A stretch of 64,000 nt of DNA, from contig CAVZSV010000004.1 in assembly GCA_963778115.1 (NCBI GenBank), positions 352,001-416,000 of the forward strand, given 5' to 3'. Made by a program: the position numbers and the translations under genes. This document shows, piece after piece, positions 30,273 to 40,341 of the stretch. The notes beneath the pieces were generated by a model. That model had not been told where the DNA came from and did not search any database. It saw only the letters and a list, made by a program, of their open reading frames with translations. Within the stretch, counting starts at the first letter, position 1. Every line of letters begins with the position of its first letter. The stretch is from an uncultured delta proteobacterium (GTDB lineage: Bacteria; Bdellovibrionota; FAC87; UBA2466).

Positions 30273-31148
30273 ATGGATCAGACCGCCACCCAATCTTACG
30301 CAACCCGAAAGACGCTAATCGCGCCCAATGTTTGGGAGTATTTGGATTATCGTAAGTACCTCAGGGATTTTTACGAATCCAAGAAAGCGGATGGCACTCA
30401 CTTTTCGTATCGCCTCTTCTCCCAAAAGACAGGAGTGCAATCGCCCAACTACATGAAACTCATTATCGATGGCGATAGAAACTTAACCCAGTCGCATGCG
30501 CGACGGATTGGTAAATTTTGTCACCTCACGCAGGAGCAAATCACCTATTTCTTGGCTCTGGTTCGGTGGAATCAATGCAGTGATGAAGATGAACGGGAAA
30601 TTTTCTGGCTGGATGTCCTTAGAGCCCGCAGAAGCCACCCGGAGACTCGACTTCCCACTTCCTATCTTTCTATTCTCACTCAATGGCAAGCGATTGCGCT
30701 TATGGAAATGATTCGATTAAAGGACTTTAAAGCCGATAGCCAATGGATCCAAAGCCGTTTTCGAACAGCAATTTCCGATGGAGAGATTCAGCAGTTTCTT
30801 CAGGAGCTAAAACAGCTAGAACTTATCGCAGTCACTAAAGACGGTTATCGGGTAACCGAACGCAATCTGAAGACCGAAGATGATGTGCCCTCTAAATGCA
30901 TCCAAAGCTATCACCGAAGTGTCATTCAAGAAGGTCTCCGCGCTCTGGCCGATACCGCTATCAGCGATCGTGAATTTATTTCCAATACCTTTTCGATTCG
31001 AAAAACCGATCTCCCAAGACTTAAAACCGAGCTTCGCCGCTTCAGGGATTTAATTTTGGAGATGACCTCGCAGGCAAAAGATCCCGACGAGGTCTATCAA
31101 CTTAACCTTCAACTTTTTCCAATTTCCAAACAGAGGAGTGAAAACTAA
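30273..31148 (+). CDS. TIGR02147/DUF4423-family HTH protein
   Basis: WEYLDYRKYLRDFYE, FSYRLFSQKTG, IQSYHRS, EVYQLNLQLFPI. Confidence 0.92.
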   Translation: MDQTATQSYATRKTLIAPNVWEYLDYRKYLRDFYESKKADGTHFSYRLFSQKTGVQSPNYMKLIIDGDRNLTQSHARRIGKFCHLTQEQITYFLALVRWNQCSDEDEREIFWLDVLRARRSHPETRLPTSYLSILTQWQAIALMEMIRLKDFKADSQWIQSRFRTAISDGEIQQFLQELKQLELIAVTKDGYRVTERNLKTEDDVPSKCIQSYHRSVIQEGLRALADTAISDREFISNTFSIRKTDLPRLKTELRRFRDLILEMTSQAKDPDEVYQLNLQLFPISKQRSEN

Positions 31149-32470
31149 TGTCGTCGTTAAAGCTGTCTATTATAGGGTTGTCCATTATCGTATTGGCCGG
31201 TTGTAGCGGTAAAGGATCCGGGTTGTCTCCCCAGGGGACTTCGGTCGGAAATGGCTTTCGCATGACGATTAGCGCGGATCTCACGGGAGCAAGCGCTCTT
31301 ACGACAGCCATTCCCGGGAAATCCACCGATCCACACAAGACTCTCTATAAAATTCTTCCTGGGCAGCCAGGGGAGAAGGCTGGCATTCAACCCGTACTAA
31401 GCGGTCCTAACGACATTTATCATTGGAAAGAGACTGCGACCCATGTCATCGCCCAAACTACCATCGATGAAAACGGATCCCGGTGCTATCTGATTGCGAT
31501 TCCCAAAGTGCAGGAAAAGTCACAAGTGCTTTGCCTAAGTCGAGAACCACTTGATCAGGATCGCTATAACCCCACGGGAGATACCAAGCGGCCCCTCTTC
31601 GATGTTCAAGGAGTAGGAGTTTTTTTCTCCAGTGTCCAAAGAGAATATGCTAACGGAGTATACTCGGAGCCCACTAATCGAATTAGCGAACTTCGCTATT
31701 GGGACGGAAAATCCGAAAGTGTCCAGACCATTTTCCATACGGACCGAAATTTCAATAAGAATCCCGCCATTGAGGGAGTCTGGGCGTCTCAGGACGGGAA
31801 AAAGGTGTGCTTTGGATTTGCCGAAAGTGACCCCTACTATTCCGGAATCGAAGAGGGCAAAGGAGCCGTCTATTGTCGCAACAGGGACGATGAGGATCGT
31901 TGGAAACTTTTAGCGAACATAAGATCCAATAAGCGGGCCACGAAATTTAATAACCATGTCCTATTTGACGGTTACTCTTCGCAGGCCGGCGTAAGCAAAC
32001 TAAATCTCGATACCCTGGTCCTAGAAGATCGCAAAGGTCCTATCCCTACGGTGAAAGACTATGAATTGGAAGAAGGCGGTTTTATCGGACGTGGCGCCTA
32101 CGGCGGCGACTATGGAAGCATCGTCTGTGTCGATAAGAACGGAGACGGAAAGGCTCTCCCGGCGCAGGGGAGTGACAATACCTCACTCGCTCGCATTGAC
32201 GATTGGGCATGGTTTTTCGGATCCCAAACGCTACAAAGAGTGAGTCTCAAAAATTGTGAGCTAGATCCCAAGAACTATTTTGCGAACACGCGTCTTATTC
32301 AGCTCTCGGAATTGAACTGGGTGCTAGGCGATTTCTTAAAATTGAATGGAACTAGCGATCGCGGATTGCCCACGACGGTTCATTTAACCGCCGCAGGTTC
32401 GTTGATACAGATAAATTCTCAAGCCGTTACCGTCGAACATCCGATCGACTTGAAATGGGATTTACCGTAG
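31148..32470 (+). CDS. Lipoprotein, predicted beta-rich
   Basis: Lipobox LAGC; GTSVGNG; TAATG translational coupling. Confidence 0.8.
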   Translation: MSSLKLSIIGLSIIVLAGCSGKGSGLSPQGTSVGNGFRMTISADLTGASALTTAIPGKSTDPHKTLYKILPGQPGEKAGIQPVLSGPNDIYHWKETATHVIAQTTIDENGSRCYLIAIPKVQEKSQVLCLSREPLDQDRYNPTGDTKRPLFDVQGVGVFFSSVQREYANGVYSEPTNRISELRYWDGKSESVQTIFHTDRNFNKNPAIEGVWASQDGKKVCFGFAESDPYYSGIEEGKGAVYCRNRDDEDRWKLLANIRSNKRATKFNNHVLFDGYSSQAGVSKLNLDTLVLEDRKGPIPTVKDYELEEGGFIGRGAYGGDYGSIVCVDKNGDGKALPAQGSDNTSLARIDDWAWFFGSQTLQRVSLKNCELDPKNYFANTRLIQLSELNWVLGDFLKLNGTSDRGLPTTVHLTAAGSLIQINSQAVTVEHPIDLKWDLP

Positions 32471-32483
32471 GCATCTGACTTCA

Positions 32484-32519
32484 ATTTCCGGCGTCCGTTC
32501 TTTGAACGGCGCCGGAAAT
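32484..32519. terminator. Hairpin between convergent genes
   Basis: atttccggcgtccgttc-ttt-gaacggcgccggaaat. Confidence 0.65.
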
Positions 32520-32523
32520 CGTT

Positions 32524-33081
32524 TCATCTTAGAAAACAGTCCTTCGCATGGTCATTCACCATTCCGACAGCCTGCATGAAAGCATAGCAGATAGTGCCAC
32601 CCACAAACCGAAACCCGCGCTTTTTAAGCGCTTTGCTCATGACTTCACTAGCCGCAAGCGCTTTCGATGGCGTGGTAGGATTGCCCCCCACGAACTCCCA
32701 AAGATACTTATCGAAACTTCCAAACTCTTTTTGAACTTGTAGGTAGGCTTTGGCATTTTCAACTACCGCATCGATCTTAAGCCGATTTCGTACAATCCCT
32801 TCATTCTTAAGCAGAGAAGCTTTCTTGGCGGCGTCATACTTAACGATCTTCTTCGCATTAAAGCGATCGAACGCTTTGCGATAATTCTCTCGTTTCTTTA
32901 AGATGGTAATCCAACTAAGCCCCGCCTGGGCCCCCTCAAGATTTATCATTTCAAAGAGTAAGCGGTCATCGTGAACGGGAACTCCCCACTCCTCGTCGTG
33001 ATAAGCGACATAAAGTTTATCCGATTCACACCAGTGGCACCTTACGATTTTCTTTGCGTTTGGCTTTTTCACGGAAATCAT
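32524..33081 (-). CDS. tag: DNA-3-methyladenine glycosylase I
   Basis: RCHWC, YHDEEWGVP, LEGAQAGLSW, MQAVGMVNDH...C. Confidence 0.95.
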   Translation of the reverse strand: MISVKKPNAKKIVRCHWCESDKLYVAYHDEEWGVPVHDDRLLFEMINLEGAQAGLSWITILKKRENYRKAFDRFNAKKIVKYDAAKKASLLKNEGIVRNRLKIDAVVENAKAYLQVQKEFGSFDKYLWEFVGGNPTTPSKALAASEVMSKALKKRGFRFVGGTICYAFMQAVGMVNDHAKDCFLR

Positions 33082-33142
33082 CTTAACCGAGAAGGCGTAT
33101 GCCCGACAACTCAACTCCATATAAAGCCTTAAGAGAAAGCTT

Positions 33143-33172
33143 CGCCAGAGAAACGCACTAGTTTCTCTGGCG
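33143..33172 (-). terminator. Hairpin terminator
   Basis: cgccagagaaac-gcacta-gtttctctggcg. Confidence 0.6.
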
Positions 33173-33197
33173 GCTTATTTAGATAGAGGGCGTTTAA

Positions 33198-33683
33198 TTA
33201 ATAATGGCGTTCGAAATTCTGCTGATTATCGTACCCCTTTTTGATCGTGCGCTCACCTTCATACCGCCCGTATTTATAGACCGCCCCTTTCACGGTCACT
33301 TCCCCTAGTTGGCGGTTATACCCTTGCTCCGAAATGGGAACGAACCGTTCAGGCTCCGCGTACTGAGTCACGGGATAGTCACAAGAGGGAACCGCAGGAC
33401 CATAAACCTCGCGAACCGGATACGGATAGTAATCCTTTGCCGGATGGTAACCCGTCGCTGAATGGTAAGAGCCCGGCGCGCCGTCACCATAATAGCCTTC
33501 GCCCCACGCGCGGGGAGCGGGAACGGCTCCGCCATAATATTCTTGCGCATAACCCGGATAACACCGGGGTGCTGCTACTTGGTAGGGGCCATAATAAGGA
33601 CCGAACGGATATCTGGCCTGCGCTTCGGTCGCAACACCCGAAGCAAATACGACGCCCAGAAATAATAAACCGACTTGTCTCAT
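33198..33683 (-). CDS. Secreted Tyr/Gly/Pro-rich protein
   Basis: Signal peptide from MRQVGLLFLG (ATG 33683); YxG/PY-rich. Confidence 0.7.
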   Translation of the reverse strand: MRQVGLLFLGVVFASGVATEAQARYPFGPYYGPYQVAAPRCYPGYAQEYYGGAVPAPRAWGEGYYGDGAPGSYHSATGYHPAKDYYPYPVREVYGPAVPSCDYPVTQYAEPERFVPISEQGYNRQLGEVTVKGAVYKYGRYEGERTIKKGYDNQQNFERHY

Positions 33684-33693
33684 GTTTTTCACA

Positions 33694-34698
33694 CTACTCT
33701 CCTCTACCTTTTTGTGGTTGATCCGATGCCTGCCCCCCATGGGCAATCTTTTGGTTAATCTTTTCTTGAATAGAGTCGCCCGTCGCTGGATCGTACTGCC
33801 CCTTAATCTCTTTAAAGAGTTCCGAAGCTTCGGAAGTCTTGCCGGCGGCAATTAGAGCGTTTACTCGAGAGGCTCGAAAGTCGACTTTATCTTGGGCCAT
33901 CCGAGGAGCCTCAAGATCGTTGTCCTTAAGTTTTTGGATATTCTGATCCACTAGCCGTTCCGCTTGTGCATATTCCTCGGCTGCTTTCAACGGCTGCCCT
34001 TGCGAACCATAAAGCTTTGCTAGTCTATCGTGGACTTGGGGATCGCTATCCCCGACCTGGCGCGCCCCCTCAAAGGCCTGCGCCGCTTCCGCCGGTTTTC
34101 CCATCTGCATGTAGAGGTCACCCAGAGCCAGATTCGATTCGAATGGGTTGGGGCTACTTTCAGACGCGCGCTTTAGGGTCTCCAAAGCCGCATTCTTGTC
34201 CGTCATTGAGTAAACGCTCTCTACCAATCCATTGAATGCTCTAAGATCGCCTGGCCTTAACTGGTCGGCCCTTTGATAGAGTTCCGCGGCCTTGGTGGGA
34301 TTTTGAACTACCTTTAGATAAAATTCCGCGGAGTCCATCAACAATTGACTATTATCGGGAGCACTCTCAAGGGCCGCATCGACTTGTGCAATGGCCTCTT
34401 TGGTTTTTCCGCGCGCGATTAGGTCAGCGGCGTTATCGATCAGTTCCCTGGCAAGCGAAGACTTCGAATCGTTCACTTTCTGCGCAAAGGAGACACCGGC
34501 ACGAGGCCGACTCACTTCGCGGGGAGCAGGAGGGGAGCTTTCAGCGCAAGCAAGGGCCTTTCCGTTGGCATCAGGATATTTTCGGACAAGCTCTTGCCCG
34601 TTCTGTTTGCTCGTAACGGAATATCTCCCCACGAGAAAAGAAACCAACGCCACTAGGACTATCGCGACCGCTTTTACTGCCGGTACGACTCGCATCAC
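33694..34698 (-). CDS. Membrane-anchored TPR protein
   Basis: N-terminal TM helix; TPR-like repeats (LALGDLYMQMGKPAEAAQAFE). Confidence 0.8.
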   Translation of the reverse strand: MMRVVPAVKAVAIVLVALVSFLVGRYSVTSKQNGQELVRKYPDANGKALACAESSPPAPREVSRPRAGVSFAQKVNDSKSSLARELIDNAADLIARGKTKEAIAQVDAALESAPDNSQLLMDSAEFYLKVVQNPTKAAELYQRADQLRPGDLRAFNGLVESVYSMTDKNAALETLKRASESSPNPFESNLALGDLYMQMGKPAEAAQAFEGARQVGDSDPQVHDRLAKLYGSQGQPLKAAEEYAQAERLVDQNIQKLKDNDLEAPRMAQDKVDFRASRVNALIAAGKTSEASELFKEIKGQYDPATGDSIQEKINQKIAHGGQASDQPQKGRGE

Positions 34699-34702
34699 TT
34701 CT

Positions 34703-35479
34703 TTAGTCCTCCTCTTCTCTGCTCACCACCGCAAAAGGAAACACCTCTTCCGCAAGGGGACCTATCCTCGGTTTTGCCCATCCCTGAAGGCTCACTACCA
34801 GATCGGTGGTCTGCTCGAAAGCAAGGCCAGCGGGCTCTCCCTCTATCAAACGCTCCGCAAAATGATCGAGCTCCTTTTGCGTAGAAAATAGAAAGACGTA
34901 AGCATTGGGAGCTTTAGCCGCTTCTTTGAGGGGGGCCCCTTCATTGGTATCGCGCCGTTGCCTTTCCCCGCCTCGTGAATCGGAAGTGTAGGTATAGGAT
35001 CGCGAATACGACCGAGTGGTCGAATTTCCCGTGCGATTATAAGTTTGAAAAGAGCTGCGTTGTGAAGCGATTTGCTCTCGTGCTGACCACAGCTTCTCCC
35101 GCTGCCCATCCCACTTCACAATGACTTTGCTTTTGAAGTTGGAATAAAAGGGCGACGGCATGGGTGGAAAGTAGCCGTAAGGCTGAACCTCAGGAAAAAA
35201 TTCTCTGGGATATCCTTCGGTGGTAAGAGAGAGGGTAAAACCGCTTGGTGCTGTTTCAAAAAGCGGAATGCCAATCTTTTTCTTGCTCTTTCTAAAGTAT
35301 TTGGAATCAAAAACCAAAACCCCTTCATTCAAGAGAGGATCGTCTCCCAGGGCTTCAATTAATTTCGTTACCGCACGACCTACCACCTCTTCGCGAGAAA
35401 ATTTTGGTCCCGATGGCGGATCGCCATAAGCAGCAAAATTCAGCAAGAGAACGGAACCGACCAGTAAAAGCGTTTTCAT
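34703..35479 (-). CDS. Secreted hypothetical protein
   Basis: Signal peptide, GAGGGG RBS. Confidence 0.7.
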   Translation of the reverse strand: MKTLLLVGSVLLLNFAAYGDPPSGPKFSREEVVGRAVTKLIEALGDDPLLNEGVLVFDSKYFRKSKKKIGIPLFETAPSGFTLSLTTEGYPREFFPEVQPYGYFPPMPSPFYSNFKSKVIVKWDGQREKLWSAREQIASQRSSFQTYNRTGNSTTRSYSRSYTYTSDSRGGERQRRDTNEGAPLKEAAKAPNAYVFLFSTQKELDHFAERLIEGEPAGLAFEQTTDLVVSLQGWAKPRIGPLAEEVFPFAVVSREEED

Positions 35480-35572
35480 GGGAGCCCCTCTACATCATGG
35501 AGAGCTCGCCCGAAGTGGCGACTCGCAACTGCGGGCGAACCTCTCGTTAATATCGCTTCGAATTACTGGTCT

Positions 35573-35953
35573 TTAATAACCGCCGTAATACGACGAAGGA
35601 TAATAGGGCTGATAACCGGGACGGTAACCGCCGGGATAGGAGTTGTCGTAGTCCGTACGCCACCCTTTGTAATTGTCCCATCCTTGGGTCCGCGTACCGT
35701 ACCCACCAGGAACTCCGTATTCCACGCGGGAACTTCCTACATCGTGATAGTAGCCTGAGGTCCATCCCCATTCCCGAGAGCTACTGTAACTACTTCCATA
35801 GCTACCATAGTAGCCAGGAGCACAAGGATAGTAACCGGGGCCCGACTCGTAAGGACCATAATACGGGGGATAAGCTAATACCGATCCGGCGCCCATCCCT
35901 AAAACGAATCCCAAAAGAGCCAACTTGAATAACATTCGTGACAACATTACCAA
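35573..35953 (-). CDS. Secreted Tyr/Gly-rich low-complexity protein
   Basis: GGAGG RBS, signal peptide, mature part dominated by Y/G/P/S. Confidence 0.7.
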   Translation of the reverse strand: MVMLSRMLFKLALLGFVLGMGAGSVLAYPPYYGPYESGPGYYPCAPGYYGSYGSSYSSSREWGWTSGYYHDVGSSRVEYGVPGGYGTRTQGWDNYKGWRTDYDNSYPGGYRPGYQPYYPSSYYGGY

Positions 35954-35977
35954 CCTCCCTAAACATTTTGAATTAAT

Positions 35978-35993
35978 AGCAATGCCCTCACCA
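35978..35993 (-). promoter_or_regulatory. Sigma-54-like promoter
   Basis: Minus strand TGGTGAGGGCATTGCT (GG-N10-GC). Confidence 0.45.
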
Positions 35994-36173
35994 CTTCGAT
36001 TTATGCATTGCGCAATGGTTAATCACTAGCTAGGGCGGTTCAGCCGGGCAAACAGTAAAACTTTTTCTTTCGAAACCCTTGGGAAGAGCGCTGAGAAGAT
36101 TTTTGAGCGCTATTTAGCGGATGGGTTACTTAAGAAAGGCTGATAAAATAGGGGCATCTTGACCAGCGAACCG

Positions 36174-36386
36174 ATGGCTAAACAAAAATTAATTAGAGCC
36201 TTAGTAATCTTTTTTCTAACGACGATAGTTGCGGCATGTGCCGAGCCTCAAACCGTAAGGACAGCTAATCCGGTAACGGGTCAAACTCCAGAGAAACTTC
36301 AACCCTATATTCCAGGCTGCCCCCCGGGATGGGCACCCAATCCCAACGGCGTGTGTTTGGACGGACATGCTTATCCGCATTATTAA
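36174..36386 (+). CDS. Small lipoprotein
   Basis: Lipobox VAAC; CPPGWAPNPNGVC. Confidence 0.65.
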   Translation: MAKQKLIRALVIFFLTTIVAACAEPQTVRTANPVTGQTPEKLQPYIPGCPPGWAPNPNGVCLDGHAYPHY

Positions 36387-36472
36387 AGAGCAGGCCCGAG
36401 CTCTGGCGGTCTGATTTGCTGTCCTAAGTAATAGGCTAGACCACGGGAACCTCTTCTGATAAATCCGAAAGG

Positions 36473-37453
36473 TTGCTGAGGGTAATATTCTTAATCTTAT
36501 TATGGGGACTAGGCCCCCCGTGGATAGCTTCGCGGGCGTGTGCCCAAGACGAAGACTGTGCCGATTACGTTTCTGACTTCGCTCGAGGGCTAGAGACGAT
36601 CGATCCTTTAGTGCTTTCGGCTATCTATGGAAATCAGATCCTGTTTTCGGATGTCGTCTTCAACCGCAGCATGCGGCTCCAAGGCTCGACGTCGCAAATC
36701 CAAAAAACCGGTCCCGATGCCTTTTTTGACCCCAAAGTGGTCGCCGATCCCAGAGACTGGCAGCAAAGTCTTTCCCGCTTTTATTCCATCGCCATCCAAC
36801 GAGAATTGGACTCCATTGGCTTTGGCGCCTACGCCGCTCGGGACTTTCGCGATCAAATCAATGGCAAATCCGCGAGCCCGGGGTTGGTCGTCATCTTTTG
36901 GCCCGAGGCCGAAAAGATCGACGCTCTACTACATCACTTGGAACGCTCCCGAGAGTTAAAAGGGCTGCCTAGGCTTTTGATCGTTAGCGATGCCCATCCT
37001 TCCTCTCCCAAACTAGAACCACAGATCACTCGGATGATCCATTATGAGGGAGGCCCCTATCCCGATTTCGCGGATCTAAAAGTACGTCCCCAGAGTAATA
37101 GCGCCTATCCGGTTTACGTACTGGGAGGTCCCTGCGCCCAGAGTATGGGGAATTTTTTTGGCGGGCTATTGCGTCCCGTGTTGGACGAATACCCCCTAGA
37201 AGTCTTAGAGATATATTTCCATGTCGATTTCGCTTACGTGAACGAACAGCTCCCCAAAGGGAGGATTCACCGAACCCCGGTAGCCACTTACCTCTCTAGC
37301 CTTCCCGCGGTTCCCCGATTTTGTAGACCTTTCGTTCCCCAATTGGGAACTTTTCTAAATCCCCCGGAATGCAATTTAGAATTTGGAAGTTATCCCAATT
37401 ACCATTTCGAGCGCGACGATCATAAGAAAATCTTCGTCGATTTTTATCACTAG
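36473..37453 (+). CDS. Secreted hypothetical protein
   Basis: Signal-peptide-like N-terminus, 326 aa. Confidence 0.65.
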   Translation: MLRVIFLILLWGLGPPWIASRACAQDEDCADYVSDFARGLETIDPLVLSAIYGNQILFSDVVFNRSMRLQGSTSQIQKTGPDAFFDPKVVADPRDWQQSLSRFYSIAIQRELDSIGFGAYAARDFRDQINGKSASPGLVVIFWPEAEKIDALLHHLERSRELKGLPRLLIVSDAHPSSPKLEPQITRMIHYEGGPYPDFADLKVRPQSNSAYPVYVLGGPCAQSMGNFFGGLLRPVLDEYPLEVLEIYFHVDFAYVNEQLPKGRIHRTPVATYLSSLPAVPRFCRPFVPQLGTFLNPPECNLEFGSYPNYHFERDDHKKIFVDFYH

Positions 37454-37467
37454 ATGTCGTTAGTATC

Positions 37468-38613
37468 TTATCTTGCTAGAAACTCTTTGGCGGTGGCTAA
37501 GTGAAGTTGCGGATCCATCCTCAGACGAAGTTCTTCATAGATGGCGCGAATTTTTGATTTCGGCATTTTCGAAATCTTCTTAGCCTCTCGAAGCAAAGCA
37601 CGCCTGTCGTTGGTCATGGGAAAATAACCACTAATATCTTTCGTTACGGGTTTAAGAGTCCCAATACAAGGAACCCCAAAATACGCCGAGTCGAGCGCTT
37701 TGATCGAAAACGCACCATCCTGAACTTCGGCACTCTTGTAGAGGAGTAATGAGACATCGAGCCTTTTCCATACTTCTAGAGTTTGCGTGCGGTGGGCGAA
37801 AGGAAAATAGATAAAGTTAGCATATTTCTTAAGTCGTTCGATCTCTTGGCCTCCTCTTATATCGGTCCTTCCCATAAGGACGAATCCCCAATCGGGCAGT
37901 TGCTGAACAAACCATTCAAACAGTTCGAAATCAAAGCGAGAGAAATGGCAGCCGCCGATAAAACCCATCCTGCGTTCGGGAAAATCACTCGGAAAGGGGT
38001 TCGCTCCACTGGAGGTTTCTTGGGGAGGGGGAACAAAGGGAGGAGGTAACCATATTGTCTTCTCCTTCCATCTCTCAGCCATCACTCGCTCTGCAAGGGA
38101 GTTCTGACAGAGAATCACTTTGGCTCTTTTACACAAATGACCTTCGGTTTTGTGCCGGTAAGGATCGTCAAATACCGAATAGATATCTACATAAGGAAGT
38201 CGTTGAATTAGCGCTTCATCCCACCCGCCCTGCACCCAAACGACGGGATCTCCTCCTAGATGATCTATCTCCCGTTGAATAGAAGCAGAGCCCCTCCACA
38301 GGTTAAGCCGTTCTATCATTTCGAATCGGTGCCCTGGTAATCGCGAAAAGCGTTTCACTTTGAGTAAAGAAGAAGGATGGTCGATTCGCGGATTTCCGGG
38401 CTCGACACCGTCTAGCCAAGTCACAGGAATTGCTTCTCTGACCAAAGCATATGCTAACGACTGTTGAGGAAAGGGAAATTCGTCCCAAAAGGAACAGTAA
38501 CTTAAAAAAAGGACTCCCCCGCGCTTTCTATAATAATCTAACGCGTCGTGATATCGATCTTTCAGCGAGACTTTCGTCTTACTTTTTAGTGCCGTGGTTC
38601 GTGGGGACCCCAT
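37468..38613 (-). CDS. GT-B glycosyltransferase (TuaH-like)
   Basis: RMGFIGG, FDFELF, LDVSLLLY, SIKALDSAYFGVPCI. Confidence 0.75.
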   Translation of the reverse strand: MGSPRTTALKSKTKVSLKDRYHDALDYYRKRGGVLFLSYCSFWDEFPFPQQSLAYALVREAIPVTWLDGVEPGNPRIDHPSSLLKVKRFSRLPGHRFEMIERLNLWRGSASIQREIDHLGGDPVVWVQGGWDEALIQRLPYVDIYSVFDDPYRHKTEGHLCKRAKVILCQNSLAERVMAERWKEKTIWLPPPFVPPPQETSSGANPFPSDFPERRMGFIGGCHFSRFDFELFEWFVQQLPDWGFVLMGRTDIRGGQEIERLKKYANFIYFPFAHRTQTLEVWKRLDVSLLLYKSAEVQDGAFSIKALDSAYFGVPCIGTLKPVTKDISGYFPMTNDRRALLREAKKISKMPKSKIRAIYEELRLRMDPQLHLATAKEFLAR

Positions 38614-38715
38614 GTCAGGATCATCGGTTAATAATCAGGCTATCTTGACCTCGCTACGAGCCTCAAAAGTTCCTTCGTTCGACTCGGTCTTAACGCCTAG
38701 AATCATGGCAGTTAC

Positions 38716-40341
38716 TTGACTTCATCTGGGAACCGGATAACTGATGAAGATAGGTGGGGGTGTAACATTAAAAATCTAATTTCTCTAAAATTCGTCTCAA
38801 ACAAAACTCAATCAGCGTTAAATCGAAACGTAAGTGTGTTGGCCTTAGGTCTGTTGGCGTTAAGCACTTTGGCCACGGCAAGACCGCTGCATCGGACCAT
38901 GCCTTCGTTACGAACGCATGCCAAATCGCTGTGTACGTTTCCCGATGGCTCAAGTCCAAAGGGGCAACCGGAAATGCATTGTGCTGATGTTTCGACTTTC
39001 CTACAAGCGTATGGAATCGACAAAGTCCATCAATCAGGCTTGACCGGCAAAGGCCAGACCCTCATCTTTGTGGACTCTTATGGAAGTCCTACTCTTCAGG
39101 CCGATTTGGATCACTTTAGTGACACCTTCGGACTTCCTAAAACGACCATCCAATTTATTTATCCGAACGGAACCTATACCAATCCCCTTTCGACGACAGA
39201 TCAAGTGGGTTGGGCGCAAGAGACTACTTTGGACTTGGAATGGGCGCATGCCGTGGCTCCCGATGCGGCACTGGTGAATATCGTCACTAGTAGTGATGAA
39301 ACTTACGGAATGAATGGATTGCAGGATATTTTCAATGGCATACAAATGGCCGTGAAACAATATCCCCACGCCATTATCTCCATGAGTTTCGGAACGGGCG
39401 AAGCGACTTTCGAAGCCGCGGATATCAAAGCCTCTCTGCAAGGGACTTTTCATCAAATTTTGCAAGATGGAACCAACGCGGATTTCACATTCCTAGCCTC
39501 AGCGGGTGATTCGGGATCGGCGGAAACTAACATTGGCCAAACGAGTTTTCTAAACTTCGCCAATGCAAGCTATCCAGCAAGCGATCCTTTAATTACAGCC
39601 GTGGGCGGGACCGCTCTGCAATCCGGATGGGCCTGGAATCCCGAAGGGACTGCCGACGATTATTGGGCATGTCAGCTAGCGGGGACCTCGCCTTGCCCAA
39701 AGGATTTTCTGAAATCCTCCGAAGGCGGAACTAAAGTAACCGAAAGTGTTTGGAAAGAAGATTGGGCACTGGCGGCCGGTGGAGGCGGAATCTCCACTAT
39801 CTTCTCGACGCCCAACTTCCAAGAAGGGTTGGACGGAAACGTTCAAAAACTCGTAAACGGATACCGTGCTATTCCCGATGTGGCTTACCACGCTGCCATC
39901 AATGGCGGAGTGGAAGTCTATACGAGCTTTAAAGCTACAAGTTTTGGCGCCCCAGGGCCGACCTGGCAAAACTTCGGCGGCACAAGCTGTGCGTCTCCTG
40001 AAACCGCTGGACTGGTAGCACTGGCCGGCGAGCTCGCCAGCCAGCAGATGGGAAAATCAGTAGGTATCGGGGCTTTGAATCCCATTATCTATTCGCTACC
40101 CAACGGCGACTTCAACGATATCGTTTCGCAAACGATTGGAACCGATAATCAAGTCGTCCTCGGAGACAACGGACTTTATTTCAATCAAGATCTTTTGGCC
40201 GCACTGGGACCGGCTAAAGTGACACCTGTCGCGGTTGCTGGATTTGCGACCACGGAAGGTTTTGATTTAGCGACCGGGTTCGGTTCGCCAGTCGCCGCTA
40301 AATTTGTGCAAGACGTCGCAGCGGCTCGCGCCGCGCGCTAA
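38716..40341 (+). CDS. S53 (sedolisin-like) peptidase
   Basis: ETTLDLE, SAGDSG, GGTSCASP, GFDLATGFGSP; true start probably downstream of 38716. Confidence 0.9.
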   Translation: MTSSGNRITDEDRWGCNIKNLISLKFVSNKTQSALNRNVSVLALGLLALSTLATARPLHRTMPSLRTHAKSLCTFPDGSSPKGQPEMHCADVSTFLQAYGIDKVHQSGLTGKGQTLIFVDSYGSPTLQADLDHFSDTFGLPKTTIQFIYPNGTYTNPLSTTDQVGWAQETTLDLEWAHAVAPDAALVNIVTSSDETYGMNGLQDIFNGIQMAVKQYPHAIISMSFGTGEATFEAADIKASLQGTFHQILQDGTNADFTFLASAGDSGSAETNIGQTSFLNFANASYPASDPLITAVGGTALQSGWAWNPEGTADDYWACQLAGTSPCPKDFLKSSEGGTKVTESVWKEDWALAAGGGGISTIFSTPNFQEGLDGNVQKLVNGYRAIPDVAYHAAINGGVEVYTSFKATSFGAPGPTWQNFGGTSCASPETAGLVALAGELASQQMGKSVGIGALNPIIYSLPNGDFNDIVSQTIGTDNQVVLGDNGLYFNQDLLAALGPAKVTPVAVAGFATTEGFDLATGFGSPVAAKFVQDVAAARAAR

